Positions 17,504 to 27,643 of a DNA stretch of 64,000 nt are shown here, one piece after another. The DNA is taken from contig CAVUKB010000005.1 of NCBI GenBank assembly GCA_963741955.1, positions 64,001-128,000 of the forward strand, given 5' to 3'. A program made the position numbers and the translations under genes. Every line of letters starts with the position of its first letter. Within the stretch, counting starts at the first letter, position 1. Under the pieces are notes generated by a model that worked only from the letters and a program-made list of their open reading frames with translations, was not told where the DNA came from and did not search any database. The stretch is from an uncultured Acidobacteriota bacterium. Lineage in GTDB: Bacteria > Acidobacteriota > Thermoanaerobaculia > Gp7-AA8.

Positions 17504-19279
17504 ATGCGACGGTTCGTGCTGTCTGCGGTTCTGATTCTCATTGCTTCGGCGATGTTCGCCGCGGAGACGGACGATCTCGTGGCGGCGCGGAGGATCTTCG
17601 ACGAGAATCTCGACGCGATCCGTCACCAGGACCGCGACGCATATCTCGCGACGTACCTTCACGATCCGCGCTTTGCGGTGACGACGTCTGCAGGACTGGA
17701 AAAGGGATTCGAGGGGTTCGCAAAACAGAAGTCGTCGTGGCCCGATGCGTTCGATGCGGAGCAGCTGGAGCTGACGCCGGTCGCGCCGGGCGTGGTGTAC
17801 GGAACGTATCGCTACCGCGTTCGCTATGGCGCGGACGAGCATCAGGGAATCTCGGAACGGCTGTTCGTCGAAACTCCGGGCGGATGGAAGATCGCGCTGA
17901 CCGGTGCGAACGACACGCCTCCGGGAGTACCACCTCCGCCGAGGGCGATCGTAGGCGGGACTCTCATCGACGGTCGTGGAGGGGCGCCGGTTCCGAACGC
18001 GAACGTCGTTCTGCGGAATGGAAAGATCGATTGTGCGGGGACGGCGGAGCAGTGTCCGGTGCCGGAAGGTATCGAGGTCACCGACGCGGCCGGGAGATGG
18101 ATCACGCCGGGACTGATCGACGCGCACGTGCACTTCTCGCAGAGCGGGTGGGCCGACGGCCGGCCCGATTCGCTCGACGTCCGAGCGAAGTACCCGTACG
18201 CCGGAGTGGAGGCGGATCTCGCGGCGCACCCGGAGCGGTTCGGGAGGAGCTATGTCTGCTCCGGCGTGACCTCCGTGTTCGACGTGGGCGGATATCCGTG
18301 GACGCTGCGTCTGCACGATCGGTTCGAGAATGACACCCTCGCCCCTCACGTCGTCGCGGCGGGCCCGCTCCTCTCCACGATCGACCACTGGCTCAATCTT
18401 CCGGCTGAACGGCAGTTCGTCTTCCTCACTTCGGAAGAGGCCGCACGCAACGGCGTGGACTACCTGAAGGCGCGCGGATCGAAGGCGATCAAGGTGTGGT
18501 ACATCGTGACGCCCGAAGCCACGGTGGAGAGAAGCGCTCCGTACGTTCGCGCCGCAGGGGAGGAAGCGAGAAAGGCCGGCCTTCCACTGATCGTCCACGC
18601 CACGGGCCTCGCCGAAGCCAAGGAAGCGCTCAGAGATGGCGCGAAGGTGCTGGTGCACAGTGTGAGCGACCAGCCGGTGGATCAGGACTTTCTCGACCTG
18701 GCGAAGAAGAACGGGACGATTCTGATTCCGACGCTGACGGTGATGGACGGATATCTGCGGATGTACGAGAGTCTGCTCGACCGCAAGCCGCCGGTCGTGG
18801 ACGACCCGAACCACTGTATCGACGCGGCGACGCTGGCGAAGGTCGCGTCGACGGCGACACTCGATCCGTCGCTGATGAAAGGGAACCTCGGTGCTCGCGT
18901 GCAGCGGACGGAGAAGCTGGATCGTACAGCCGCAGAGAACCTGGCGACGCTGGTGAGGGCGGGAATCCCGATCGCCACCGGGACGGACGCCGGGAATCCG
19001 CTCACTCTTCACGGCCCTGCAATCTATGCCGAGATGGATGCGATGCAATCTGCAGGGATGACCCCCATGCAGGTGATCGTCTCGTCGACGGAGATCGGGA
19101 GTCGCGCGACGGGCCTGGAGAACGAGACCGGCACGATCGAGAAGGGGAAGGACGCCGATCTTCTGATTCTCGGTGCGGACCCGTCGAAGAACGTCTCCAA
19201 TTTCCGGCGGATCGTCGACGTGGTGCGTGGTGGCGAGCTTCGAAGCATCAGAGATCTGAGCGCGATCGCCTCGGAGTGA
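17504..19279 (+). CDS. secreted amidohydrolase with N-terminal SnoaL/NTF2-like domain
   Basis: Signal peptide; PGLIDAHVH, IKVW, VHA, LVH, GTDAG, GKDADL; GAGGAGG RBS. Confidence 0.88.
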   Translation: MRRFVLSAVLILIASAMFAAETDDLVAARRIFDENLDAIRHQDRDAYLATYLHDPRFAVTTSAGLEKGFEGFAKQKSSWPDAFDAEQLELTPVAPGVVYGTYRYRVRYGADEHQGISERLFVETPGGWKIALTGANDTPPGVPPPPRAIVGGTLIDGRGGAPVPNANVVLRNGKIDCAGTAEQCPVPEGIEVTDAAGRWITPGLIDAHVHFSQSGWADGRPDSLDVRAKYPYAGVEADLAAHPERFGRSYVCSGVTSVFDVGGYPWTLRLHDRFENDTLAPHVVAAGPLLSTIDHWLNLPAERQFVFLTSEEAARNGVDYLKARGSKAIKVWYIVTPEATVERSAPYVRAAGEEARKAGLPLIVHATGLAEAKEALRDGAKVLVHSVSDQPVDQDFLDLAKKNGTILIPTLTVMDGYLRMYESLLDRKPPVVDDPNHCIDAATLAKVASTATLDPSLMKGNLGARVQRTEKLDRTAAENLATLVRAGIPIATGTDAGNPLTLHGPAIYAEMDAMQSAGMTPMQVIVSSTEIGSRATGLENETGTIEKGKDADLLILGADPSKNVSNFRRIVDVVRGGELRSIRDLSAIASE

Positions 19280-19428
19280 CGTTCGCGTGATGGGGCCGAT
19301 GAAGGCGAAAGGGGCCACGTCAACAGATTGTCGAAGCGTCCTGCCGGCCGCGCCGTTGATCTCACTGCCGGCAGTCCGTGCTAGAATACTCGGGTCCGCT
19401 TCCGCCCAATTTGCGATCTGGAGAAACA

Positions 19429-19554
19429 ATGGAGAACGTCCTCATCATTGCAGGCGCTGTCGTCGCCGTTATCGGATCGATCATGGTCCTTCTCGCGGCG
19501 TTGTCCTCCTGTTTCCGGGAGCCGAGTCGTCTCTGGTCGGATAGTGGTCCGTAA
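19429..19554 (+). CDS. 41-aa single-TM small ORF (possibly a truncated relic)
   Basis: GGAG RBS at 19420-23, extended -10 TGCTAGAAT at 19379-87; MENVLIIAGAVVAVIGSIMVLLAALSSCFREPSRLWSDSGP. Confidence 0.4.
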   Translation: MENVLIIAGAVVAVIGSIMVLLAALSSCFREPSRLWSDSGP

Positions 19555-19589
19555 CCTTTCCGACCTCTCGCCGGTTACTCTTATGGAGC

Positions 19590-20126
19590 ATGATGAAACA
19601 GGCGGGTGAGGACGAGAGACTGCGGATCGAGGCGGCTCAGCGCGACCGGCGTCAGTTCGCGGCACTGTACGAGGAACACTTCGAGCGCGTCTATGCGTTC
19701 GTCCTGCGCCGCGTGCGGAACCGTGATGCAGCGCAGGATCTCACGGCCGACACGTTCCGGCAGGCGCTGGCGAACCTCGAGCGGTTCGAGTGGCGCGGCG
19801 TTCCGTTCGTCGCCTGGCTGTACCGCATTGCTGCGAACGCGATCTCGGATCACTTCACGCATGCGAATCGCGAAGTGCCGGCTGGCGACGCGGCGGAAAG
19901 CGAGGCTCCCGACGAGATCGAGAATGTCGAACGGCGGGCGACGCTCTTCGCGCTGGTGCGGCAACTTCCGCCAGATCAACGGCGGGTGATCGAAATGCGC
20001 TTCGGCGAGGAGAGGAGTATCCGCGAGATCGCGGCCGCGATGGGACGCACCGACGGTGCGATCAAGCAGTTGCAATGGCGCGGTATGGAAGCACTGCGCC
20101 GGAAGATGGAACGAAGCGATGCCTGA
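19590..20126 (+). CDS. ECF RNA polymerase sigma factor
   Basis: Region 2 (FAALYEEH..DLTADTF..WLYRIAAN) and region 4 (LPPDQRRVI..EIAAAMG..AIKQ). Confidence 0.93.
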   Translation: MMKQAGEDERLRIEAAQRDRRQFAALYEEHFERVYAFVLRRVRNRDAAQDLTADTFRQALANLERFEWRGVPFVAWLYRIAANAISDHFTHANREVPAGDAAESEAPDEIENVERRATLFALVRQLPPDQRRVIEMRFGEERSIREIAAAMGRTDGAIKQLQWRGMEALRRKMERSDA

Positions 20127-21081
20127 GCGAAACGGAATCGAACGGCTGGACGAAGCGATCGACGCGATCCTCGGCGGACGCGGCGGTCGTCCGGACCTCG
20201 TCTCACCGGAGACCGCTACGCTGCTGGTCGTCGCGACCGATCTGCGGGGTCTGCCGGATCCCGCCTTCAGGGAGGCACTGATGTCGGAGCTCGTACCCGA
20301 AGTGAGAAGAGAGAAGATTCAGGAAGTCAGTCCCGAGAGCCATACCATGGTGCCGTATTTCATCGTCGACGATCCAGCGGGGTTCATCGAATTCCTGCGC
20401 GACGCGTTCGGCGCCGTGGAGCGGTTCCGTTCTCCGCGTCCGGACGGCTCGATTCAGCACGCGGAGGTCGCGGTCGGCGATTCACGAATCGAGATGGGAG
20501 GGGCAAACGAGGAGTTTCCTCCCCTCAGGCTGCCCATTCATCTGTACGTCGACGACGCGGACGCAGCGTACACGCGAGCCATCGACGCGGGAGCGAAGTC
20601 CCTCATGGCGCCGGCCGACCAGTTCTACGGCGACCGTGAGGCCGCCGTGGAGGACCGCTGGGGAAACCAGTGGTACGTGGCGACGCGTCGGGAAGGAAAC
20701 GCGAAACCGGAGGGCTTCCGAAGCGTGACGCCGGGTTTCCGGACTCACGGTGCGGCGAAGGCGATGGAGTTCCTGACCCGGGCTTTCGGCGCCGAGCCGT
20801 TCGGCGAGATCGCCAGGCTCGAGGACGGGTCGGTGATGCATGCGGTGATGCGGATCGGAGACTCTCTCCTCGAGCTCGGAGATCCGCACGAACCGTGGGG
20901 TCCGATGCAGACCATGATCCATCTGTACGTTCCGGACGCCGATACGGCATATGCGCGCGCGATCGAAGCGGGGGCGGAATCGCTCGCACCCCCTGCCGAC
21001 CAGCCGTACGGGGAACGGAGCGGAGGGGTCATGGATCCATTCGGTAACACATGGTGGATCGGAACAGTGATCGCGAAGTAG
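20119..21081 (+). CDS. tandem VOC/glyoxalase (PhnB-like) protein with N-terminal helical extension
   Basis: Two repeats of HA.V..GDS.IE..HLYV.DAD.AY.RAI.AGA..DQ.YG.R..D..GN.W. Overlaps the sigma stop by 8 nt. Confidence 0.88.
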   Translation: MPERNGIERLDEAIDAILGGRGGRPDLVSPETATLLVVATDLRGLPDPAFREALMSELVPEVRREKIQEVSPESHTMVPYFIVDDPAGFIEFLRDAFGAVERFRSPRPDGSIQHAEVAVGDSRIEMGGANEEFPPLRLPIHLYVDDADAAYTRAIDAGAKSLMAPADQFYGDREAAVEDRWGNQWYVATRREGNAKPEGFRSVTPGFRTHGAAKAMEFLTRAFGAEPFGEIARLEDGSVMHAVMRIGDSLLELGDPHEPWGPMQTMIHLYVPDADTAYARAIEAGAESLAPPADQPYGERSGGVMDPFGNTWWIGTVIAK

Positions 21082-21223
21082 CGGGCTCGCGTATCGTCGG
21101 CTATCTCGTGTCGGACGGGACGGCCAACCCGCAAGTCAAGGTGTATCGCTCGGCACATTCAACCGAGCATCGCGCTCGATCGGCTAAGATCCACTCAGCA
21201 GAGAGGAGGAGGAAAGAGACGTC

Positions 21224-21925
21224 ATGGACGACCTGGTAAACGCCTACCGCGAGAAGACCCCTTCCATGCCGCAGAAGGCGATCCTTCTCCTGATGCACGC
21301 GGTCATCGTCAGCGTCGCGGCCTGGCTCCTCTTCGGGGGAGGGAACACTCGACTCTCCACCGCGATCGGACTCCGTCCGGCGGATGCGATCGTTCTGCGA
21401 CGTTCGCTCCTCCTCGCTGCGGCCGTGATCTATGCGCTACGGGTTCAGGTCACCACGTTCGTCTTCATCAAGCGGTCGATGGCGTGGAGTGAAGCGTTCA
21501 CCATCGGCGTCTGGATCCTCGTGATCAACGTCGCCATGGCGTTCCTCGGTGGAAGAAACGCAGCTCCCTTCGGAGGAGTCGGAATCTCCGGGGTCGTGCT
21601 CTACCTCACCGGCTCGCTCTTCAACACGGGGTCAGAGCTCCACCGGCATCTCTGGAAATTGAATCCGCAGAATGAGGGACGGCTCTTCACGAAGGGTTTG
21701 TTCCGCCTCACGCGACACCCCAACTATTTCGGTGATCTCCTTCTCTTCACCGGATGGGCCATGGTTGCCGGAAACCTCTGGCTCCTGATCATTCCGCTGC
21801 TCATGTTCTGCGGTTTCGCCTTCCTCAATGCCCCGGCGCTCGACCGTTACCTCGCCGAACATTACGGGGAGCAGTACGATTCGTGGGCGCAGCGAACGCC
21901 ACGTTTGGTCCCCTTCCTCTGGTGA
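21224..21925 (+). CDS. DUF1295 / steroid 5-alpha-reductase-like membrane protein
   Basis: GLFRLTRHPNYFGD, multiple TM helices, C-terminal YG..Y..W..TP.LVPF. Confidence 0.82.
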   Translation: MDDLVNAYREKTPSMPQKAILLLMHAVIVSVAAWLLFGGGNTRLSTAIGLRPADAIVLRRSLLLAAAVIYALRVQVTTFVFIKRSMAWSEAFTIGVWILVINVAMAFLGGRNAAPFGGVGISGVVLYLTGSLFNTGSELHRHLWKLNPQNEGRLFTKGLFRLTRHPNYFGDLLLFTGWAMVAGNLWLLIIPLLMFCGFAFLNAPALDRYLAEHYGEQYDSWAQRTPRLVPFLW

Positions 21926-21999
21926 TCGGGCGCGGACCGCGCAGACTCCTGGGGTTTTCTTTTCGGCATCGCCTGTGTCTCATTCCGCAGGAGGAAGCC

Positions 22000-22773
22000 A
22001 TGAGGCTCACGACGATTCGAACCCTTACCCTGACAGCCACCATCGCTGCCACGTTTCTGCTCGGAGTCCCTCTGCGTGCCGCCGACGACTCGGGATTCAA
22101 TCTGGACGTCCTCGTCGACGGATCGGCGAGGCCCGAGTATGCGCACCGCGGCACCGTCTATGTCGAGGCACTTCGCGGACGGAACTACGCGCTTCGTCTG
22201 TCGAATCCAACGCCGTACCGGGTCGCAGTCGCCCTCTCGGTCGACGGATTGAACACGATCGATGCGAAGCACACCGATCCATTCCGCGCTTCGAAATGGG
22301 TGATCGATCCGTACGGGTCGATCGAGATCGAGGGATGGCAGATGAACGAGGAGACCGCCCGCCGCTTCTATTTCACATCGGAGCGCGATTCGTACGGTGC
22401 GAAGCTGGGTGAGACGGCCAATCTGGGAGTGATCGAAGCGGTGTTCTATCGCGAGAAACCCCGGCTTCCGGAGTTCGTTCTCAAACAGAATCACGAGCAG
22501 TCGGAACGAGGTGCACCATCGACGTCGGCAGCCTCGCCGGCCGAGGGCCAGTCTCTCGCCCGCGACTACGCGGCAACCGGTATCGGCGAACGGACGCGGC
22601 ACGACGTCGAGATGATCCATATGCGACTCGAACGAACGCCGGTCGCCTCGGTGCGAATCCGTTACGAGTTTCGGAGAGAACTGGCGCGGCTCGGCGTCCT
22701 GTCGGAGCGCGAGTCACGCCTCGAGCGGCGCGAACACGCCCACGGATTCCGGGAGTTCTGTCCCGAGCCGTAA
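22000..22773 (+). CDS. secreted hypothetical protein
   Basis: AGGAGG RBS, signal peptide, conserved-looking SVDGLN..GWQ..F.FT..LGVI segment. Confidence 0.7.
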   Translation: MRLTTIRTLTLTATIAATFLLGVPLRAADDSGFNLDVLVDGSARPEYAHRGTVYVEALRGRNYALRLSNPTPYRVAVALSVDGLNTIDAKHTDPFRASKWVIDPYGSIEIEGWQMNEETARRFYFTSERDSYGAKLGETANLGVIEAVFYREKPRLPEFVLKQNHEQSERGAPSTSAASPAEGQSLARDYAATGIGERTRHDVEMIHMRLERTPVASVRIRYEFRRELARLGVLSERESRLERREHAHGFREFCPEP

Positions 22774-22841
22774 GAGTCTTCGCGGCAGACCCGACTGCAA
22801 CGACGATCGCGAATGTCGGTGTGGAAGAAGGCGCTCCCCGC

Positions 22842-22943
22842 GAGGCGAGTGTCCTTCGCCCGATAGACCTCACCCATCCCACCGGCTCCGATGGGCGCAA
22901 CGATCTCGTACGGGCCGAGCCGCGTTCCGGGAGTGACCGTCAC
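22842..22943 (-). pseudogene. N-terminal 34-codon relic of a Ser/Thr protein kinase
   Basis: [34 protein letters not shown] (glycine-rich loop); homology then ends with no VAIK. Confidence 0.85.
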
Positions 22944-23200
22944 GATGAACCTCTATGATACTCCGAGACGGGATAACGTACGTTGTTGGCGGCTCGGGGC
23001 CACACCGACGCGATCGCCGACCTCTATTCGGGGAGCAGCGGCGGTGGCGGAAAGCCGTGCCACGGGAAGAAGTGTCCCCGACCGTACCGATCATCTTCCG
23101 AAGCCTCGATTCGGATGAGGCTGCGTGCCCCGGCAGGCGATCATCGCTGCCGGGGCCATTCTCGCTTTCTGAATCCGTCGAAGTTCCCTATGCTTGACCG

Positions 23201-24001
23201 ATGAAACTTCGCGCGTTCACCCCCATCCTTGCGCTCCTCCTCCTCGTCGCCACCGGCTGCAGCAGCTGGGAGAACATCGCGCCGGGAGTCGGCTATCGCA
23301 GGATCTCTCTGCGGAGCGGACCTGTCTACGTGACCCGCGTCGATCTCGACCGGGCCCGACTCATCGCCTCCTCGTCGTCCGAGCGGAACACGACCGTGAC
23401 TTCGTATGCGCAACGGCAGGACGCGCTTGCCGCAATCAACGGCGACTACTTCGACGAAGGGAAGACGTACGAACCGACCGGAATCGCCGGAGACGCTTGC
23501 GGGAAGTGGTCGGACCCGACCGTGAAGCGGAACGAGCCTGTCGTGGCGATGGGGAGGAGGAGGGTCGAGATCATCGATCCCGCCAACCTTCTGCAGACCT
23601 GGCCCTCGTGGATCGACGGAGCAGTTGCGGGGTGGCCGCTGCTCGTGCGCGACTGTCGCCCCCTCAGTTCCTCCGAACTCCCCGGGAGCGACAGTTTCAC
23701 TCGATCGGACCATCCGCGAACGGCCGTTGGCCTCTCACGAGACGGTCGGACAGTCTATCTGGTGGTGGTCGATGGCCGCAGCGAGAATGCCGGCGGAATG
23801 ACACTGTCGCGACTGGGAGAATTTCTAGCGGACCGCCTCCACGTCTGCACCGGCCTGAACCTCGACGGCGGAGGTTCGAGCGAGATGGTCGTGGAAGGGA
23901 AGATCGTCAACGTTCCGAGCGACGGTCACGAGCGGCCGGTCGGAAACTTCGTCGGGGTCGTTCCGGCCGCCCGCCAGCCGGAGTGCGCTGCGACGAAATG
24001 A
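23201..24001 (+). CDS. phosphodiester glycosidase (NAGPA family) lipoprotein
   Basis: Lipobox VATGC; AINGDYF, HPRTAVG, VDGR, NLDGGGSS, PSDG.ERPV. Confidence 0.88.
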   Translation: MKLRAFTPILALLLLVATGCSSWENIAPGVGYRRISLRSGPVYVTRVDLDRARLIASSSSERNTTVTSYAQRQDALAAINGDYFDEGKTYEPTGIAGDACGKWSDPTVKRNEPVVAMGRRRVEIIDPANLLQTWPSWIDGAVAGWPLLVRDCRPLSSSELPGSDSFTRSDHPRTAVGLSRDGRTVYLVVVDGRSENAGGMTLSRLGEFLADRLHVCTGLNLDGGGSSEMVVEGKIVNVPSDGHERPVGNFVGVVPAARQPECAATK

Positions 24002-24023
24002 ACGACGTACGGATCGCAGAGGG

Positions 24024-24638
24024 TCATCTTCCGGCGTCATCGACTCTTCGACGAAGCTCTTCGACGATCCGTTTCTGGAGAGACGCGCGGTCGAGCTCGT
24101 CGATCCGCCGGCGCGGCTCGACGTCGTAGGCCTCCGCCACATTCCTGAGCTGCCACTCCGCGAGCGCGGTGAGCTCCTGGCGGAGTATTTCCTCTCCCTG
24201 CGTCTCCAGGATGTGATACGCCTCGAGGACGGAGTTTTCCGGATCGAGAGGACCAAGCGGTGCCGGATCCACCGACCGCGGCGTGGGGCGAGGAGCTGGA
24301 CGGGTCGACGATGGTTCGGAAGGGGAAGTGGATTGTCCGCTGCGGGCGAATTGGGGCGCGGCGAGTGCCCGCTGCAGGGAACCTTCCAGGAAGAGAGGCT
24401 CCAGCCCGGTCGCCCAATAGACGAGATGCTCTCGATTCGGCTGAGTCGTCTCTCGAGGGGATCGTATGCTCGCGCTGCCGTCAGTCCGTTCGAATTCGAT
24501 CCACCCCTCCCACAGATTCGCCTGGAGAGGCCGTCCTCGGGCCCGTGCCTTCCACATCTTCCCGTCAGGGGATTCGACGCGGGATTCGAATTCCAGGAGA
24601 ACCTCGTCGGGAGTATCCATCGAAGGTCGAATCGGCAC
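24024..24638 (-). CDS. hypothetical protein
   Basis: Natural-looking WEGWIEF..RETTQPN..YWATGL..FLEG segment; fills the gap between genes. Start uncertain. Confidence 0.6.
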   Translation of the reverse strand: MPIRPSMDTPDEVLLEFESRVESPDGKMWKARARGRPLQANLWEGWIEFERTDGSASIRSPRETTQPNREHLVYWATGLEPLFLEGSLQRALAAPQFARSGQSTSPSEPSSTRPAPRPTPRSVDPAPLGPLDPENSVLEAYHILETQGEEILRQELTALAEWQLRNVAEAYDVEPRRRIDELDRASLQKRIVEELRRRVDDAGR

Positions 24639-24673
24639 GGTGCGTGTTCCTTTGCTTGCGTAGAAGCCACCGA

Positions 24674-24702
24674 GCCCACGGTCACCAGAGGCGACCGTGG
24701 GC
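24674..24702 (-). terminator. hairpin downstream of the Ysc84 gene
   Basis: 13-bp stem GCCCACGGTCGCC/GGTGACCGTGGGC on the minus strand (one G-U pair); weak U tail. Confidence 0.45.
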
Positions 24703-24729
24703 CCGATCAGACCGAATGTTCCGTCAGCG

Positions 24730-25497
24730 TCAAGCTGCTGCGGCCGTCCTGCTACCGCCAGAAAGTGACTGCTTGAGCTGATCCGCAGTCGGGGGCGCGG
24801 TCACCTGACCCTGCAGGATCTGCTGGGTGTTGGTGTTCTGCGCGCCGTAGTACGAATTGTTGCGGTTGTCGTCGAAGTTGATGTCGGTGGCACCCACCTG
24901 CGCGCCGGCGAACGCGCCGGAGGTACTCGACCACATGATGACGTCACCCTTCCCGAGGTCGCCCTGGGCCTTGGCCGAATAGTTCACGATGGTGAAGCCC
25001 GCGTCCGCGTTGAGCGAGAATGTGTTCTCACCCTTGAACGCGTTCACGGCCTTGTCGGTCATCAGGAGCATGGCGATCTCGCCACCTTCCCCTCCGGCCT
25101 GCGCACCGATACTGATCCCGCCCATATCGAAGAACACCGGGTTGCTCCACTGACCGTTCTGGTTGGCCAGCATGACCCCGGTGCCGCCCTGGCCACCGAC
25201 CACGAGAGCGCCCTTGCCATAATGCGGAACGATGTAGACGCCCTTGGCCTTCTTCAGCAGGCTGACCAGATTCTGGTCGGCGCTCATCTGCTGAGCCACG
25301 CCCTGTGCGTCGTTCACCAGTTGCACGGCATCGTTGGCCGCTTCGGTATCGGTGGTCGCGGTCGTCGCCGTCGGTGCGGTTTCGGTCGCGGTATCCATCG
25401 CGGTGTTGTTCGCCTCGTCGTTTTCTCCGTTGTTTGCGCAGGCACCGATGGCGAGAACCATCAGACCGGCGAGCAGCAGATACAGAACTTTCTTCAT
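24730..25497 (-). CDS. Ysc84/SYLF lipid-binding-domain lipoprotein
   Basis: Lipobox IGAC; AKGVYIVP..GGQGG.G..WSNPVF..SIGAQAG..NNSYYG; GAGGAGG RBS. Confidence 0.85.
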   Translation of the reverse strand: MKKVLYLLLAGLMVLAIGACANNGENDEANNTAMDTATETAPTATTATTDTEAANDAVQLVNDAQGVAQQMSADQNLVSLLKKAKGVYIVPHYGKGALVVGGQGGTGVMLANQNGQWSNPVFFDMGGISIGAQAGGEGGEIAMLLMTDKAVNAFKGENTFSLNADAGFTIVNYSAKAQGDLGKGDVIMWSSTSGAFAGAQVGATDINFDDNRNNSYYGAQNTNTQQILQGQVTAPPTADQLKQSLSGGSRTAAAA

Positions 25498-25685
25498 CTC
25501 AACTGACCTCCTCAACGTTTGGAGCACTTCGGACCGACTACGTACGTCGAGCTCCAAAGGGCTGCGGCGGTATGGGGAGCAGGCTACGTGCCAGTCCTTG
25601 ATTTCCGGCTGCTCATTCTCGAGCCCGCCCGCCGGTAGAATCCGGCGTGAAACCGGACGGCAAGCTCGGGTTACCATTCCGCGGG

Positions 25686-26924
25686 ATGACGCCGCAGGAT
25701 TCTTCGCCCCGCTCGCTCCGAGGATATGTCGATCTGCTGCGCTCCAGCAGGGACTTCCGCCTCCTCTTCACGGCATCGGTCATCAGTCTCGCCGGTGACT
25801 GGTTTCTCACCGTCGCGCTGCTCGATCTGGTTCTCGCGATGTCGGGCTCTGCCACGCTCGCGTCACTGATGACGGTCTGTCAGACCCTTCCCGTTTTTTT
25901 CATGGCTCCGTTCGCGGGACATCTGATCGACCGGCTCGATCGGAAGAAACTGATGATCGGTGTCGATCTCAGCCGTGTCGGAGCCGCGTTGCTGCCGCTG
26001 CTGGCCCGGACGCCCGCGATGCTCTGGCTTGCATTCGCCGGGGTGATCATGATCTCCGTCGGTGCTTCGATCTTCAATCCCGCGTCGAACGCGGCTCTGC
26101 CGAACATGGTGACCGCGGAGGAGCTTCCGCGGGCGAACGTTCTCTTCGGCTCGACGTGGGGGACGATGCTGGCAGTCGGTGCAGCGCTCGGCGGCCTGGC
26201 GACGATGAAACTGGGCCGCGACGCGTCATTCGTGATCGATGCGGTGACGTTCCTCGCATCGGCGTTTCTGATCTCGCGAATCCGCGCTCCCTTTTCGGAG
26301 GTCCGCGAGCGGAGTCACGAGATGCCAGGTCTGCGCGAAGCAATCCGCCAGACGTGGGTCTACGCAAAAGAGAACCCTCGCGTGATGGCACTGCTGACGT
26401 CGAAAGGCGGATACGGCATCGGTGCAGGTGTGGTGGCGATGCTCAGCGTCTTCGGGCGTCAGGTCTTCCATGCCGCAGCCGGAGGGATCGGTGTGCTCTA
26501 CGCAGCGCGCGGGATCGGGGCGCTCATCGGCCCGTTCATCGTCCGCGGGGTCTCGCGCACACCCGACCAGGAATACCGCCTCATCTCGATTGCCATTTTC
26601 GTGTTCGGCATCGGCTATGTCGGTCTCGCGTTCTCTCCCTCCCTCTGGATCGGTGCCGCGGCGGTGGTTCTGGCGCACCTCGGCGGGGGAGCCCAGTGGA
26701 TGACCTCGACGTACGGGCTTCAGCGAGAGGTCCCGGACTGGGTTCGAGGTCGCGTGTTCGCGACCGACTACGGCCTGGTCACGCTGACCATGAGCATCTC
26801 GAGCCTCGTGGCCGGAGTGGGCGCCGACCGCATCGGGCCGGTCATCGCAACTGCCGGAGTCGCATCACTCTGTGTTCTCTGGGCCGTGGTCTGGGGAATC
26901 GGGACGCGGCGGTTGTGGAGATGA
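25686..26924 (+). CDS. MFS transporter (H+-antiporter-like)
   Basis: About 12 TM helices, GHLIDRLDRK motif A, RGRVFA. Confidence 0.88.
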   Translation: MTPQDSSPRSLRGYVDLLRSSRDFRLLFTASVISLAGDWFLTVALLDLVLAMSGSATLASLMTVCQTLPVFFMAPFAGHLIDRLDRKKLMIGVDLSRVGAALLPLLARTPAMLWLAFAGVIMISVGASIFNPASNAALPNMVTAEELPRANVLFGSTWGTMLAVGAALGGLATMKLGRDASFVIDAVTFLASAFLISRIRAPFSEVRERSHEMPGLREAIRQTWVYAKENPRVMALLTSKGGYGIGAGVVAMLSVFGRQVFHAAAGGIGVLYAARGIGALIGPFIVRGVSRTPDQEYRLISIAIFVFGIGYVGLAFSPSLWIGAAAVVLAHLGGGAQWMTSTYGLQREVPDWVRGRVFATDYGLVTLTMSISSLVAGVGADRIGPVIATAGVASLCVLWAVVWGIGTRRLWR

Positions 26925-27112
26925 GCATGGTTCCGTGATGCGGGAATCGTGAATCATCCGTCGAGTTCCTGACACGCGCCAAGTACATCTACCGGGCACG
27001 CGCAGCCAACGGAGCCCGTCGGCTTCAGCTCTCGGATTCCGGGCTCGGGTTTCCGGGCCCCGCCCGGATGTTCTTGGTAAAGCGGGCGCTCTTCGGTACC
27101 ATTCGCCGCGTC

Positions 27113-27643
27113 ATGCTGATCCGCCCCTTCCGAGGTCGACATCCGAAGATCGGCGAGCGAGTCTTCGTCGCCGAGAACGCCACGATCATCGGGGACGTGG
27201 AGCTCGGAGACGATTGCTCGGTCTGGTACGGGACCGTGATCCGCGGCGATGTCCACCGCATCCGGATCGGCGCCCGGACGAACATCCAGGACAACTGCAC
27301 GCTCCACGTCACCGCAGGTACGCATCCGATCGCGTTCGAAGAGGAAGTGACGCTCGGACACGGAGTGATCGCTCACGGCTGCACGGTGAAACGCGGAGCG
27401 CTTCTCGGGATCGGATCGCGCGTCCTCGACGGAGCGGTGGTCGGCGAGAGCGCTCTGATCGGCGCAGGTTCCGTGGTCACCCCCGGGACGGTGATTCCGC
27501 CGCGGACACTGGTGCTCGGCGCTCCGGCCAAGGTGCGGCGTGAGCTGACGGACGAAGAGGTCGCCGACCTCCGCCACTACCATCTCAACTATCTCGAGTA
27601 CAAAGAAATCTATCGCGCGGAAAGCGACGCGAAATCGGAGTGA
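27113..27643 (+). CDS. gamma carbonic anhydrase family protein (YrdA-like)
   Basis: Hexapeptide repeats; RGD..IRIG..TNIQD...H, GH, HG zinc ligands. Confidence 0.92.
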   Translation: MLIRPFRGRHPKIGERVFVAENATIIGDVELGDDCSVWYGTVIRGDVHRIRIGARTNIQDNCTLHVTAGTHPIAFEEEVTLGHGVIAHGCTVKRGALLGIGSRVLDGAVVGESALIGAGSVVTPGTVIPPRTLVLGAPAKVRRELTDEEVADLRHYHLNYLEYKEIYRAESDAKSE

